NCBI GenBank assembly: GCA_024232295.1
Contig: JAAEPT010000103.1
Coordinates: forward strand, 5,063 to 69,062
Length of the DNA stretch: 64,000 nucleotides
Source: Cytophagales bacterium
GTDB taxonomy: Bacteria; Bacteroidota; Bacteroidia; Cytophagales; JAAEPT01
Reading direction: 5' to 3'
This document shows positions 52,445 through 63,345 of this stretch, one piece after another. Made by a program: the position numbers and the translations under genes. How positions within the stretch are numbered: the stretch's first letter is position 1; each line of letters starts with the position of its first letter. Below the pieces are notes generated by a model. The model made no database searches and was not told the origin of the DNA. It was given only the letters and a program-made list of their open reading frames with translations.

Positions 52445-55400
52445 TTAATTTCCCAAATTATTGAAATATTCGTTTACTTCTTTTTTATAATAATGGTTTA
52501 AACTAGGAGTAACGGTTTTTAACAACTCAATTTGTTGTTGTTTTTTTCTAAGATACTCCTCATAAGGTGCAGGAGTTTCATTAATTCGTTTTTTACCTGT
52601 TTTAGATTTACGTTTATTGTCTTCTCCTTGTTCTTTTGCTGCCTTCTCTACCTCTAATAATCGTGTTTTTATTTGTTCTTGACGCTTAATTGTACGATTA
52701 GAAAGGTTTTTTCTTACTAAATCAAGCTCAGTTTCCTCCATTTGTTTTTCAATTGCTTCAATCTCTTTACTAAGCTTACTATTCATTTTTTGTCCTTTCT
52801 TCATTTCCTGAAGTTTTCTACGAATTGCCTCTTGCTGAGCTGCTAGCTTTGCCAATTGCTCAGACAATTGTCTACCTGACTTTTGTCCATTTTTGAGCTG
52901 TTGAATCATTTGGTTGAGTTGTTGTTGTTGTTTTCCTAAGTTTTGAGGTTGATTTCCTCCAGGTTTTTGACACATTTGATTTCCTTGCATTTGTTGAGCC
53001 ATTTGCTCTTGCATTTGTTGTAAGATGTCAGAAAGTAACAAAGCCAAATTATTCATAGAAGTCATGCTGTATTGCTGATGTTTGGTAGCTTGTCTAGGCT
53101 TTCTCATTTTTACAAACTCGCTACTTTTGTGCATATGCTCCTTCATATCTCCAAGTTCTTTGGTTACAAATGACTTAATTTGGAATACTCTGCCTGCTAG
53201 AGCCAACAAACTATCTTCAATGACTACAGCATCATCTTTTAATTTTAATTGTTTCTGTGACAAAGAAACAAACTGAGGATTTGATTGGCGAATATTTTTA
53301 AACTTCTTAAAAATATCTTCTTGTTCAAAAGAAACAGTAACAAGGTTTTCAAGAATGGCTTTTAGGTTCTCCATATTTTCTTGTTGTTGTTGCATTTGCA
53401 TTCCTTGTTGCATAGCCATCATTTGTTGAGCCATTTTTTTCATTTGTTGCCCAGCTTTCTCTTGTGACTTATTTGCCTTCTTTTTATTTCCTTGTTGTAA
53501 TTGTTGCTGCCCATTTTCACCTTCTTTTTGAGCTTGCTTCATCATTTCTTTTAGCTCTTCAGCATTTAAATCATTTGGACTTTTCAACTCTTTATTATCT
53601 TTTTCAAGCTGCTCCAATTGTTGTTCAGCACGCTCCATCTCTTTATTGAGTTGTTCTTGTTCTTTTGCCAATTGATCTTTGTCTGTATTTTTATCCAATG
53701 ACTTTTGAGCAAGCTCTTCCTGTTTTTGAGCAAGTTCTTTCATATCATTGATTTGCTGTTCTAAATCTTGCTCAAACTTTAGTTTTTTGTATAATTCTAA
53801 TGTTCTTTCTAATTCATTTTCAACATTATCTTCATCAAATTCCATTTGTTCTAGAAGCTCATTAACATCTTCAGGTTCATTATTTTGTTGGTCTTTGAGC
53901 AATTCTTGAAGCTTTTCCATTAATTCTTTCGTCTCTTCATCTAAGACCTCTTCCATAAGCTCTTGAATTTGCTCTGCTTTTTCCTGAATACTTTCACTTT
54001 GCTGTTCAAAACGCTCTAATTGTTCTTGACTTCTTCTAAACTCTTCTTGCATTTTCTCAATTTCTTGCTCTAGCTGTTTTTGATCTTGCAATAATTGTTG
54101 AAGTTCTTTTTTGTCTTGCCAAGTAAGTTTCTTTTTAGACTTTAGTTTATTTTTTGTCTCTTTGATATTTTTTTTCAATTGCTGAGCTTTGTTGATTGCT
54201 TCTTGCATATTGAGTGTATTTTGCTCATCATTTTGAGCAACTTGATTGTCTATTTCTTTTTGGTCAGGAATTGCAAATTCCATTTTTTGGGAGCTTGTGC
54301 TTTTTGCACCATTAATACCATCATTATCCCAAACCTTTACAAAGTATTCAATAGTCTCTCCTTCTTGTAAATCAACATTTAGTAAGTCTAATTGATAAAA
54401 TAGTTTTTGACTGGTTTGATTAGCTACAAATTGAATATTTTTACGAATGTATTGTGCTTTACTATTCACCTCTCCTTTTTTCTTTTTGCGGTAGAATAAT
54501 TGACATTTACTCAATCCATAATCATCAATCAAAGCACCTCCTAATAAAATATAGCTAAACAATACAGTATCTTCATAAGCCTCAACCCTCACAGTTGGAT
54601 AACGATCTTTGATCACTTGTACATTGTAAGAAATGGTTTCAAGGTTTTTACTGTGTTGATTCATTAATTCTAGCTCATATTTTGTAGAGTTTTTGAATGT
54701 CTTTGTGAATGTAAACTGATTATCTTGTAATGGTGTAGCAGATAAAGAATCTGTATTAAAAATCACCTGTAAACGTTCAGTTTCCTTTGTTTTGATTGAC
54801 CATTTTACTTGAGTTCCTTCTGGAATATTGAAACTTCCTATGTTTTCAATTTTCTCTTCTTTCTTCCCCAAATAAGATGGATAAACTAGAGAGGCATTGA
54901 TGTTTTGGATATTTGGTCGTGAAATAATGTTGATATGATGATTTATGGATTCATAACCAACTGCTACAAAATTGAAATCAACTTCATTTTTAATTTTTTC
55001 AAGAGTATAGGTATATAACCCTTCTTGATTCTTTTTCATTTTCCTTTTGAGTTGATTAATCATTACAAACACCTCATTAGGAACTTCTGTACCTTCTACT
55101 TGAAGAGATATTGTAAAGTCTTCATTTTTAAAGGCTTCTAATGTTTGATTTTGAAGAGCAAAAGTAAAAGGAGCTTTTGGTTCAAAAGTTTGTTGATATT
55201 GAATAATTCGTTTGGAACCTTCTGCAAAAAAATTGGGACTGAATAGTAAAAGCAATAACGCTAATGCTGCTGGAGGAATGATGTATTTTAAATATTTTTT
55301 ATTGATGCGATAGTCAACAGCTTTTTCAAAGGAAATATGAGAAATTTCTGTTGTTTTTTGTGCAATACTAGCTAGTACTAGAGCATTATTTTTTGAGTTT

Positions 55401-55750
55401 TGAGCAAGTTGTAAGGTATTTAGTAATTTATCTTTTATTTCTGGAAAGTAAGCACCTACTTGACGTGATGCCTCTTCATCACTCAATTCATTATCAATGT
55501 TGATAAGTTGTTTAATAGGGAGAATTATCCACTTAATGAGCGAGAAAAGAGCAATTGCAAGAAAGGAAAAGAAAAAAATGGCACGAGTTAGTTTATCGAA
55601 GTTTCCTACAAACTCTAATCCACTAAATGCTAATAAAGCAATCAAAAAAGTACTCAAAAACAAGATACTACCTTTGATAAGGAGGTTCTTATAATACTTT
55701 AGTTTATATTCTTTAAGTTGTTGTTTGAGTGATGTAATTGTACCATTCAT
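52445..55750 (-). CDS. DUF4175-like membrane-anchored coiled-coil protein
   Basis: N-terminal TM helices, VWDNDGINGAKS, long Q/E/K-rich coiled coil. Confidence 0.75.
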   Translation of the reverse strand: MNGTITSLKQQLKEYKLKYYKNLLIKGSILFLSTFLIALLAFSGLEFVGNFDKLTRAIFFFSFLAIALFSLIKWIILPIKQLINIDNELSDEEASRQVGAYFPEIKDKLLNTLQLAQNSKNNALVLASIAQKTTEISHISFEKAVDYRINKKYLKYIIPPAALALLLLLFSPNFFAEGSKRIIQYQQTFEPKAPFTFALQNQTLEAFKNEDFTISLQVEGTEVPNEVFVMINQLKRKMKKNQEGLYTYTLEKIKNEVDFNFVAVGYESINHHINIISRPNIQNINASLVYPSYLGKKEEKIENIGSFNIPEGTQVKWSIKTKETERLQVIFNTDSLSATPLQDNQFTFTKTFKNSTKYELELMNQHSKNLETISYNVQVIKDRYPTVRVEAYEDTVLFSYILLGGALIDDYGLSKCQLFYRKKKKGEVNSKAQYIRKNIQFVANQTSQKLFYQLDLLNVDLQEGETIEYFVKVWDNDGINGAKSTSSQKMEFAIPDQKEIDNQVAQNDEQNTLNMQEAINKAQQLKKNIKETKNKLKSKKKLTWQDKKELQQLLQDQKQLEQEIEKMQEEFRRSQEQLERFEQQSESIQEKAEQIQELMEEVLDEETKELMEKLQELLKDQQNNEPEDVNELLEQMEFDEDNVENELERTLELYKKLKFEQDLEQQINDMKELAQKQEELAQKSLDKNTDKDQLAKEQEQLNKEMERAEQQLEQLEKDNKELKSPNDLNAEELKEMMKQAQKEGENGQQQLQQGNKKKANKSQEKAGQQMKKMAQQMMAMQQGMQMQQQQENMENLKAILENLVTVSFEQEDIFKKFKNIRQSNPQFVSLSQKQLKLKDDAVVIEDSLLALAGRVFQIKSFVTKELGDMKEHMHKSSEFVKMRKPRQATKHQQYSMTSMNNLALLLSDILQQMQEQMAQQMQGNQMCQKPGGNQPQNLGKQQQQLNQMIQQLKNGQKSGRQLSEQLAKLAAQQEAIRRKLQEMKKGQKMNSKLSKEIEAIEKQMEETELDLVRKNLSNRTIKRQEQIKTRLLEVEKAAKEQGEDNKRKSKTGKKRINETPAPYEEYLRKKQQQIELLKTVTPSLNHYYKKEVNEYFNNLGN

Positions 55751-55754
55751 AATT

Positions 55755-57446
55755 CTAATAAACTTCTTTTAGGGTATGAGGAGGTTGAAAATACACCTCA
55801 CTAAAATCAGGCAAAGCCAGTGCATTGTTATAGAAATTACGGACTTTGGGTTGTAATATTTTAAACCCATGTTCGTGCCACAAAGTGATAATTCCAGTCT
55901 TATCCAATATTCTTTGTTCTGCCTTCAAAAGATATTTGGTTTTATCCTGTAACTTCTTACTTATCAACGCATTTTCAAAAAAAACATTGAATTCATAATC
56001 TTGAAAATTTGTGATGTTTGGAAAGTTCTTATGTTTTCCATAAAAACTCTGAAGAAAGTCACTAGCTTCTGTTCCTTGATAATGAAATTCTCCCAAGTAG
56101 AAAGCTGAACGTCCAGTAAGTACAGTTTCTAAATATTCATTAAGAGCCATTGGGTTAATCTCAATCACTATATTTAAGTGTTCTTTGAGTTGTTTTCGTA
56201 TGTTTTTGGCAACAACTGCATTTTTTCCTCCATTTGTATAAAGACTAATAGCTATTTTAGGAAACCCTTTTCCTTGTGGATAACCAGCTAGTGCCAAATA
56301 TTTTTGAGCAGAATCTAAATTAAAGTAAGGTACATTCAATACAGAGTCAGCTTTATTACTATACAAACCATAAGGCGTTATTGTTCTTTGTTGTGTACTA
56401 TCATAAGGTATAATTTCGCTAATTAGTTGCTGTGTATTAATAGCATACGAAATTGCTCTTCTTAAGGTATCTGTAAAAACTTTTCCTTGTAAGTTAAATC
56501 CTAAATAATGAGTACTTAGCTCTGGTTTGTGTTGTATTTTGAAATCATTATACTCCCCTATCCCCAAAGAATCCGTTAAAATTTTATCAAACTCTTTTTT
56601 TGGTAGTTGTTGAATATAATCAAGGTTATCGTTTTTGAATAGTTTAACTTCCTGTTGTTTTTCCTTCAGAAATGTAATCTTAATTCCATCCAAGTATGGA
56701 AGTTGATTGCCAAATTCATCTAGGTGATGGTAATGCTTATTTTTTCGGAGAACAATTTGTAAGTTTTCATTAAAGTCAGTCGCATTCCTCAATTGAAAAG
56801 CTCCTGTTCCTACAGGGTGTATTGTGATAGTATTTCCATATAGCTCATATGCTTCTCTTGGAAAGATATAAGTAAAAGAACTTGCTAATAGATTCAAAAA
56901 ATTATTATTAGGCTTTTTCAAGTAAAAATCAACACGATACTTACTTCTAGCAACCACTCCAGAATCCTTTTCAGCAAAGACATTTCGAAATATTTTGTTA
57001 CCTCTATTTAGTTTATTATCCTGTTGTAATAAGCGAAAACAATACTCAACATCTTTAGCAACTAACTCTCTACCTTTTTGTTGTGGAAAACATTCATTAT
57101 CATGAAAGTAAATATCATGTTTTAGAAAGAAAGTATAGTGTGTACGATTACTATCTACTTTATAATAATTAGCAATATTACCTTCCAACTGCATTGTTTT
57201 AGGATTATAAGTCATTAAACCCTCAAAAATATAGCTGGCTACTCTTCTTGATACAGGATCAATTATTTGATGAGGAAATAGACTTTCTATATACTCAGAT
57301 TCATTTGTTCTAAATGTTCCTCCATAGAATCGACCTCCTTTTGCTTGATTGATGTCTGTATTATTTTGTGGATGCTCTACCTTGGATTCTTCACAAGAAA
57401 ATAGAAAAAAGAGCAAAAGAAATGAAAATTGAAAAGTTAATTTCAT
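55755..57446 (-). CDS. ABC transporter substrate-binding lipoprotein (family 5)
   Basis: Lipobox LFSC, IFEGL, PVGTGAF, GNQLPYLD, AGYPQGKGFP. Confidence 0.85.
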   Translation of the reverse strand: MKLTFQFSFLLLFFLFSCEESKVEHPQNNTDINQAKGGRFYGGTFRTNESEYIESLFPHQIIDPVSRRVASYIFEGLMTYNPKTMQLEGNIANYYKVDSNRTHYTFFLKHDIYFHDNECFPQQKGRELVAKDVEYCFRLLQQDNKLNRGNKIFRNVFAEKDSGVVARSKYRVDFYLKKPNNNFLNLLASSFTYIFPREAYELYGNTITIHPVGTGAFQLRNATDFNENLQIVLRKNKHYHHLDEFGNQLPYLDGIKITFLKEKQQEVKLFKNDNLDYIQQLPKKEFDKILTDSLGIGEYNDFKIQHKPELSTHYLGFNLQGKVFTDTLRRAISYAINTQQLISEIIPYDSTQQRTITPYGLYSNKADSVLNVPYFNLDSAQKYLALAGYPQGKGFPKIAISLYTNGGKNAVVAKNIRKQLKEHLNIVIEINPMALNEYLETVLTGRSAFYLGEFHYQGTEASDFLQSFYGKHKNFPNITNFQDYEFNVFFENALISKKLQDKTKYLLKAEQRILDKTGIITLWHEHGFKILQPKVRNFYNNALALPDFSEVYFQPPHTLKEVY

Positions 57447-57452
57447 TAAAAG

Positions 57453-58217
57453 TTAAGGGTTTATTTCTAATACAATAGGACAATGATCTGAGTGCTTTAC
57501 ATCTGGTAAAATAGACGCATTAGTCAATTTTTCTTTAAGTGCTTCATCAGCTACAAAATAATCAATTCTCCAACCTTTATTATTATTTCGAGCATTGGCA
57601 CGATAACTCCACCAAGAATAATGATGAGGGTTTGGCTCAAATACACGAAAAGTATCAATCCACTGATTGTTGAAAAGATTTGTCATCCATTCTCTTTCTT
57701 CTGGTAGAAAACCAGATGTATTTTTGTTCGTTTTTGGATTGTGGATATCTATCTCAGTATGGCAAATATTGAAATCTCCACAAATAATTAGATTAGGAAT
57801 TTCCTTTCTCAATTCTTGTATATATTCAAAGAAATCAGCCAACCACTGCATTTTAAAATCTTGACGAGTATCACCACTAGAACCACTAGGCATATATACG
57901 TTCAATAGAGAAAATCCATCAAAATCAGCTCTGAGTGCTCTACCTTCCTGATCATAAGCAGAAATATTACAACCATATTCCACATGATTGGGCTTTACTT
58001 TTGAGAAAATAGCTACTCCACTATATCCTTTTTTTTCAGCCGAAAACCAGTAGTGTTCAAAATCATTTTCTTCTAAAAAAGAAGTGTCTACTTGTTCTTG
58101 TAGAGCTTTTGTTTCTTGTAAAGCAATAATATCAATATCAGAATTGAGCAACCATTCATCAAATCCTTTTTTGACAGCAGCACGAATTCCATTTACATTA
58201 TATGAGACTAACTTCAT
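57453..58217 (-). CDS. xth: Exodeoxyribonuclease III
   Basis: SYNVNGIRA, LQETK, GDFN, GWRIDY, SDHCP. Confidence 0.95.
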   Translation of the reverse strand: MKLVSYNVNGIRAAVKKGFDEWLLNSDIDIIALQETKALQEQVDTSFLEENDFEHYWFSAEKKGYSGVAIFSKVKPNHVEYGCNISAYDQEGRALRADFDGFSLLNVYMPSGSSGDTRQDFKMQWLADFFEYIQELRKEIPNLIICGDFNICHTEIDIHNPKTNKNTSGFLPEEREWMTNLFNNQWIDTFRVFEPNPHHYSWWSYRANARNNNKGWRIDYFVADEALKEKLTNASILPDVKHSDHCPIVLEINP

Positions 58218-58591
58218 TGGATCAAATCATTTTCATAAAAATACTGAATAATGTGATGTCTTAAAAAAGCAACTTGTTCTTTTAAGTCCAAAAATGGAAT
58301 TTCTTTGATTTGTTCAAAGTGTGGCCAAGAATCTTCATCCTTATGAGTTTCTCGATAATATTCTGTGAGCACGGCACAAGTTCCTATATGAATTAAATCC
58401 TGTTTTTCTTCTTTACTAAAATCTTGAACTCCCTTACCTAGCTCTTGTATTCCAATAGTATACAATACATTGTTAATATCTGCTGGTTTTTTACCTGTAA
58501 GATCTATGAAGAAGTCTACAACTTTTAGCCATTCTATACGAAGATTTCCATTATTATACTTTTCTCCTGATTCCATATTTGTAATATTCAC
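58214..58591 (-). CDS. Conserved Bacteroidota-type hypothetical protein
   Basis: IGIQELG...FSKEEKQDLIHIG; overlaps the xth start. Confidence 0.7.
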   Translation of the reverse strand: MNITNMESGEKYNNGNLRIEWLKVVDFFIDLTGKKPADINNVLYTIGIQELGKGVQDFSKEEKQDLIHIGTCAVLTEYYRETHKDEDSWPHFEQIKEIPFLDLKEQVAFLRHHIIQYFYENDLIQ

Positions 58592-58692
58592 TTTTTCTAC
58601 ATCAAAACAAATAGATAGAAGGATAGTTTCCTTGTATTCTTATTTTTAAAGTAGTAGATTCAATACGTTTTTAACTCAAAATTTATAAAATC

Positions 58693-59244
58693 ATGAAACA
58701 AACTTTATTATTGTTTGTGGCATTATCTGCCTTTATTTTTTCGTGTAAACCAAGATATTCTATGGTTTTCCACAATAGTTCACCATCTTATAAAGTAGAG
58801 AAAAATACTTCTACAATTGCCAAAAAGAAGAAAGTAGAATTAAATCAAGTAGAAACTGTAAATACTGTAGTTTCTCCAAAAGTAGAGAAAACTGAAAAGG
58901 TAAGTGTCAAGCAAATCTTGAAAGCTAAAAAAGCGATCAAAGAATTAAATAAAACTCAAGAAACTACAAGTCAATATTCAACAAGCACAAAAGCTAGCAA
59001 GAAAGCGACTAGAGCGAAGTTGAAAGCTATGAAAGAAGAATCTAAAAAGTCTAATAAGACAAACAAAGGACGTGGAGAGATGTGGGTTTTGGCAGTTATA
59101 TTATGTGTATTAATTCCACCATTAGGAGTTTTTCTTTTAGAAGGAGACTTTACAACCCATTTTCTTATTGATTTAATCTTAACATTGTTATTCTTCTTAC
59201 CAGGTGTGATTTACGCTTTATTGGTTGCTTTTAATGTAATTTAG
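58693..59244 (+). CDS. Lipoprotein with C-terminal YqaE/Pmp3 membrane domain
   Basis: Lipobox IFSC, K-rich linker, ILCVLIPPLGV...LTLLFFLPGVIYAL. Confidence 0.8.
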   Translation: MKQTLLLFVALSAFIFSCKPRYSMVFHNSSPSYKVEKNTSTIAKKKKVELNQVETVNTVVSPKVEKTEKVSVKQILKAKKAIKELNKTQETTSQYSTSTKASKKATRAKLKAMKEESKKSNKTNKGRGEMWVLAVILCVLIPPLGVFLLEGDFTTHFLIDLILTLLFFLPGVIYALLVAFNVI

Positions 59245-59303
59245 TAATTCAAAAAATTAACAAAGAAGCTGTTATTTTCCCATAAGTAACAGCTTCTTTA
59301 TTT

Positions 59304-60845
59304 TTAACCCTTCCAACTTTCTCTATCCAAACTTCTATATTGAATGGCTTCTGCCAAGTGTTCAATTTTTATTTTTTCACTGCCTGCTAAATCAGCAATT
59401 GTTCTTGCTACTTTCAGAATTCTGTCATAGGCTCGAGCTGACAAACCCAGTCGTTCCATCGAAATCTTTAATAACTTTTTCCCTGCTTCATTAATTTCAC
59501 AAACCTCTCTGACCATTTTAGAAGGCATCATTGCATTAGAATGCAATTTTGTATTTAGAGCTTCAAAACGTTCTTTTTGAACTTCTCTTGCTACAATTAC
59601 ACGCTCTCTAATTGTTTTACTACTTTCATTTTCTGATTCTTGTGTCATTTCATCAAATGAAACAGGTGTCACTTCTACATGCAAATCAATTCTATCCAAT
59701 AAAGGACCACTAATTTTATTAAGATACCTTTGTACTGTACTTGGTCCACAAACACACTCTTTTTCTGGATGATTATAATATCCACATGGACAAGGATTCA
59801 TACTTGCAATCAGCATAAAATTTGTTGGGAAATCTACAGATACTTTTGCCCTTGAAATTGTTACTTTTCGTTCTTCCAAAGGCTGGCGCATTACCTCTAA
59901 AACAGTACGTTTATATTCTGGTAATTCATCTAAAAATAAAACACCATTGTGAGCCAACGAAATTTCACCAGGTTGAGGAACCCCTCCCCCACCTACCAAA
60001 GCAACATCACTTACTGTATGATGTGGAGCTCTAAAAGGACGCTCAGTAACTAATCCCTCTTGTGTAGCCAATTTTCCAGCAACAGAATGAATTTTTGTAG
60101 TTTCTAATGCTTCATACAATGTTAGGTTAGGCAAAATTGAAGGAAGTCTTTTGGCTAACATTGTTTTTCCTGCTCCAGGAGGTCCTACCATAATTAGATT
60201 GTGCCCACCAGCAGCAGCAATTTCCAAAGCCCTTTTTATATTTTCTTGCCCTTGAACATCAGCAAAATCAGCCGCATAATTATTAACATTATAATTAAAC
60301 TCTTCTCTTGTATCATATTCAACAGGCTTTATTTCTTTTGAACCCTCTAGAAAATCAATAGCATCTTGAATAGTGTTTACCCCAATAACATCTAAATCAT
60401 TGACAATCGCTGCTTCATTTGCATTTTCTTCTGGAAGAATAAACCCTTTCAACCCTTGTTTTCTTGCTTCTATGGCAATTGGTAAAACTCCCTTGATTGG
60501 TCTTAAATAACCATCAAGAGACAATTCTCCCATAATAATGTATTGATCTAATGTAGGTGCATTAATTTGTTCATCAGCAGTCAAAACGGAGAGTGCTATG
60601 GGTAAATCATAAGAAGAACCCTCCTTACGAATATCAGCAGGAGCTAGATTTACAACCGTTTTTTGCCTTGGCATTTTGTAGCCGAAAAATTTAATGGCAG
60701 ACTCTACCCTTTGTTCACTTTCTTTTACAGCATTATCTGGTAGACCAACCATAAAAAACTTTGTTCCTTGTGTTACATTGACCTCCACAGTAATCATTTT
60801 GGCATCTACCCCATATACTGATGCCCCAAAAGTTTTTGCTAACAT
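59304..60845 (-). CDS. YifB/ComM Mg-chelatase-like AAA+ ATPase
   Basis: VGLPDNAVKES, NLAPADIRKEG, GPPGAGKTMLA, PFRAPHH, NPCPCG, LSARAYDR. Confidence 0.93.
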   Translation of the reverse strand: MLAKTFGASVYGVDAKMITVEVNVTQGTKFFMVGLPDNAVKESEQRVESAIKFFGYKMPRQKTVVNLAPADIRKEGSSYDLPIALSVLTADEQINAPTLDQYIIMGELSLDGYLRPIKGVLPIAIEARKQGLKGFILPEENANEAAIVNDLDVIGVNTIQDAIDFLEGSKEIKPVEYDTREEFNYNVNNYAADFADVQGQENIKRALEIAAAGGHNLIMVGPPGAGKTMLAKRLPSILPNLTLYEALETTKIHSVAGKLATQEGLVTERPFRAPHHTVSDVALVGGGGVPQPGEISLAHNGVLFLDELPEYKRTVLEVMRQPLEERKVTISRAKVSVDFPTNFMLIASMNPCPCGYYNHPEKECVCGPSTVQRYLNKISGPLLDRIDLHVEVTPVSFDEMTQESENESSKTIRERVIVAREVQKERFEALNTKLHSNAMMPSKMVREVCEINEAGKKLLKISMERLGLSARAYDRILKVARTIADLAGSEKIKIEHLAEAIQYRSLDRESWKG

Positions 60846-60868
60846 AGTTTTCTAAAAATAAAGATGAT

Positions 60869-61456
60869 TTATTGACTTATTTTTTGTTCAATTAATAGAA
60901 TAAGAATGTGTATGATTTTGATGTGAACCTCTTGAATTCTATCAGCATAGCCTCTATGAGGAACCCTCAACTCTATGTCAGCATATTCTGATAATGTTCC
61001 TCCATTTTTACCAGTTAAAGCAATTACTTTGATTCCTTTTTGTTTGGCATATTCTACAGCTTTCAATACATTTTTAGAATTTCCACTAGTAGAAATTGCT
61101 AAGAGCACATCTCCTTTAGTCCCTAATGCTTGTAGGTAACGAGAAAAAACACTATCATATCCATAATCATTAGATACACAAGTAAGGTGTCCTACTTCAT
61201 TCATAGCAATAGCAGGTAATGCTTTTCGATCTTCTCTAAAACGACCTGTTAATTCTTCTGCAAAATGAGCAGCATCACAACTGGAGCCTCCATTACCACA
61301 AGAAAGAACTTTTCCTCCTTGTTCAAAAGAAGCCACCAATAAATCAGCAGCTTTTTCTATTTTATTCAAATTAGCTTTATCACTCATAAAGTCATTCAAT
61401 ACTTTCTGAGCTTGTTCTAATTCTTGATATATCAATTTATCAAATTCCATTTCCAC
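60869..61456 (-). CDS. gmhA: D-sedoheptulose 7-phosphate isomerase
   Basis: [36 protein letters not shown]. Confidence 0.92.
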   Translation of the reverse strand: MEMEFDKLIYQELEQAQKVLNDFMSDKANLNKIEKAADLLVASFEQGGKVLSCGNGGSSCDAAHFAEELTGRFREDRKALPAIAMNEVGHLTCVSNDYGYDSVFSRYLQALGTKGDVLLAISTSGNSKNVLKAVEYAKQKGIKVIALTGKNGGTLSEYADIELRVPHRGYADRIQEVHIKIIHILILLIEQKISQ

Positions 61457-61465
61457 CTTTTAAGT

Positions 61466-63325
61466 TTAAGTATTCTGCATATTTGCTAGCTTCTGATACA
61501 ATCCATCTTCTACCTTGATTAACTCATCATGTGTTCCAACTTCTACAACTTCTCCTGCTTTTAAAACTACAATTTTATCTGCATTACGAACTGTACTTAA
61601 TCTATGAGCAATCACAATACTTGTTTTATCCTTCATTATATTATCAAAAGCCTCCTGAATCAACTTTTCACTTTCTGTATCTAAGGCAGAAGTTGCTTCA
61701 TCAAGTAAGAAAATAGCAGGGTTTTTTAATACAGCCCTTGCAATTGTAATCCTTTGTTGTTGCCCTCCAGATAGCTTTCCGCCACCATCGCCTACAAGAG
61801 TATCATAACCATTATCTAAGCCCATTATAAAATCATGAGCATTGGCAATTTTAGCAGCTTCTTCTACCTTTTCCATTGTCACATCCATACCAAAAGCGAT
61901 ATTGTTATAAACTGTGTCATGGAAAAGGATTGGCTTCTGAGTTACTATACCCATTTGCTTACGTAAAGATTGCAAATCATAATCCTTAATATTTTTACCA
62001 TCAATCAATAAACTTCCAGAGAAAACGTCATGAAAACGAGGGATTAAATCAATCATTGTTGACTTTCCACCACCAGAAGGACCAACCAAAGCCACAGTCT
62101 CTCCTTTCTTAATTTCTAAATTGATTCTTTTAAGAATTTCAGTTTCATCATATTTAAAGACTACATTTTCGAAAGAAAGACTTTCTCTCATTTCTTTTAA
62201 CTCCTCTGCTCCTTCTTTACTTTTTACTAATACTTCTTTATCCAAAATGGTGAATAATCTTTCTCCTGCAACTAACCCTCTTTGGATAATTCCTACCATA
62301 TTCGCTACAGCTTTTATTGGAGAAATAACTGATGCAAATAGGATAATGAATACTAAAAAATTACCTGGGTCGAGATTTCTTGTCCCCAATTCTAATTCAC
62401 CTTCACCAGTAAAGATTAATTTACCACCATAATATAGTATTACTACTACTACTAGAATACCAAAAAACTGAGAAATAGGAGAAGCTAGACTACGACTGAT
62501 ACCAATTTGACGAAGTAGTTTTTCATAAATTTTATTTTTTTGATAAAATTTATCATTCATATATTCTTCCGCAGTAAATGATTGAATAACTTTTACACCT
62601 GTTAGTGTTTCATCAATACTAGACAAGATCTCCCCTAAAAAGTGTTGTCCTTTTTTCGCTTTTCTTCTTAATCTTTTAGTAATCAAAGCAATTAAAATGG
62701 CAGATATTGGTAATATTACTAGTGAGAATAAAGTCATTGGAGTAGAGATATAAAACAATGCTCCAAAAGTAAAGATGATAGTAAGTGGTTGTTTAATTAA
62801 AGTATTGAATGTTTGAATAAGTGTTGTTTCTATTTCTTGAACATCATTAGTCATTCTTGAAATAATATCTCCTCTGTGTTTATCCGAAAAAAAACTTAAA
62901 TGCAATTCTAAAATTTTCTCATGTACTGCTGTACGTATTTTTCTGACTACTTTTCCTTTTACAGAAGCCATAAAATAACCAGCTAGAAAATGAAAAAAAT
63001 TAGCAATGAAAGTAAATACAACTAACATCACACACACATTGAATAATACATCTAAAGGAGATGTTCCTGTAGTTAGATATAACCTTCCCCATTCTTTTAA
63101 ATTAGTAAAATAAGCTTCACTAAATTCAAAAGTAGGAAGGTCTGTCCATGTAGTTGGCTCTTGAGTAATCTCTACATTATTATTGAATAAAACATTTAGT
63201 ATGGGAGCAAAAAAAGTGAAATTTAGTGTACTAAATACTGTAGCTAATACAATTGATAATAAATACCATGGAAAGAAAGTTCTTAATGGACTAGCAAATA
63301 ATAGTAATCTACGGTATGTTTTCAT
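61466..63325 (-). CDS. MsbA-like ABC exporter (fused TMD and NBD)
   Basis: TM domain plus GPSGGGKS, LSGGQQQR, LDEATSALD, IAHRLST. Confidence 0.88.
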   Translation of the reverse strand: MKTYRRLLLFASPLRTFFPWYLLSIVLATVFSTLNFTFFAPILNVLFNNNVEITQEPTTWTDLPTFEFSEAYFTNLKEWGRLYLTTGTSPLDVLFNVCVMLVVFTFIANFFHFLAGYFMASVKGKVVRKIRTAVHEKILELHLSFFSDKHRGDIISRMTNDVQEIETTLIQTFNTLIKQPLTIIFTFGALFYISTPMTLFSLVILPISAILIALITKRLRRKAKKGQHFLGEILSSIDETLTGVKVIQSFTAEEYMNDKFYQKNKIYEKLLRQIGISRSLASPISQFFGILVVVVILYYGGKLIFTGEGELELGTRNLDPGNFLVFIILFASVISPIKAVANMVGIIQRGLVAGERLFTILDKEVLVKSKEGAEELKEMRESLSFENVVFKYDETEILKRINLEIKKGETVALVGPSGGGKSTMIDLIPRFHDVFSGSLLIDGKNIKDYDLQSLRKQMGIVTQKPILFHDTVYNNIAFGMDVTMEKVEEAAKIANAHDFIMGLDNGYDTLVGDGGGKLSGGQQQRITIARAVLKNPAIFLLDEATSALDTESEKLIQEAFDNIMKDKTSIVIAHRLSTVRNADKIVVLKAGEVVEVGTHDELIKVEDGLYQKLANMQNT

Positions 63326-63345
63326 TCAATGCTTATTTTCTAAAT

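Noticed and set aside
52445-54250. Q/E-rich low-complexity repeats
   Set aside because: Ordinary coiled-coil region of the DUF4175-like protein.
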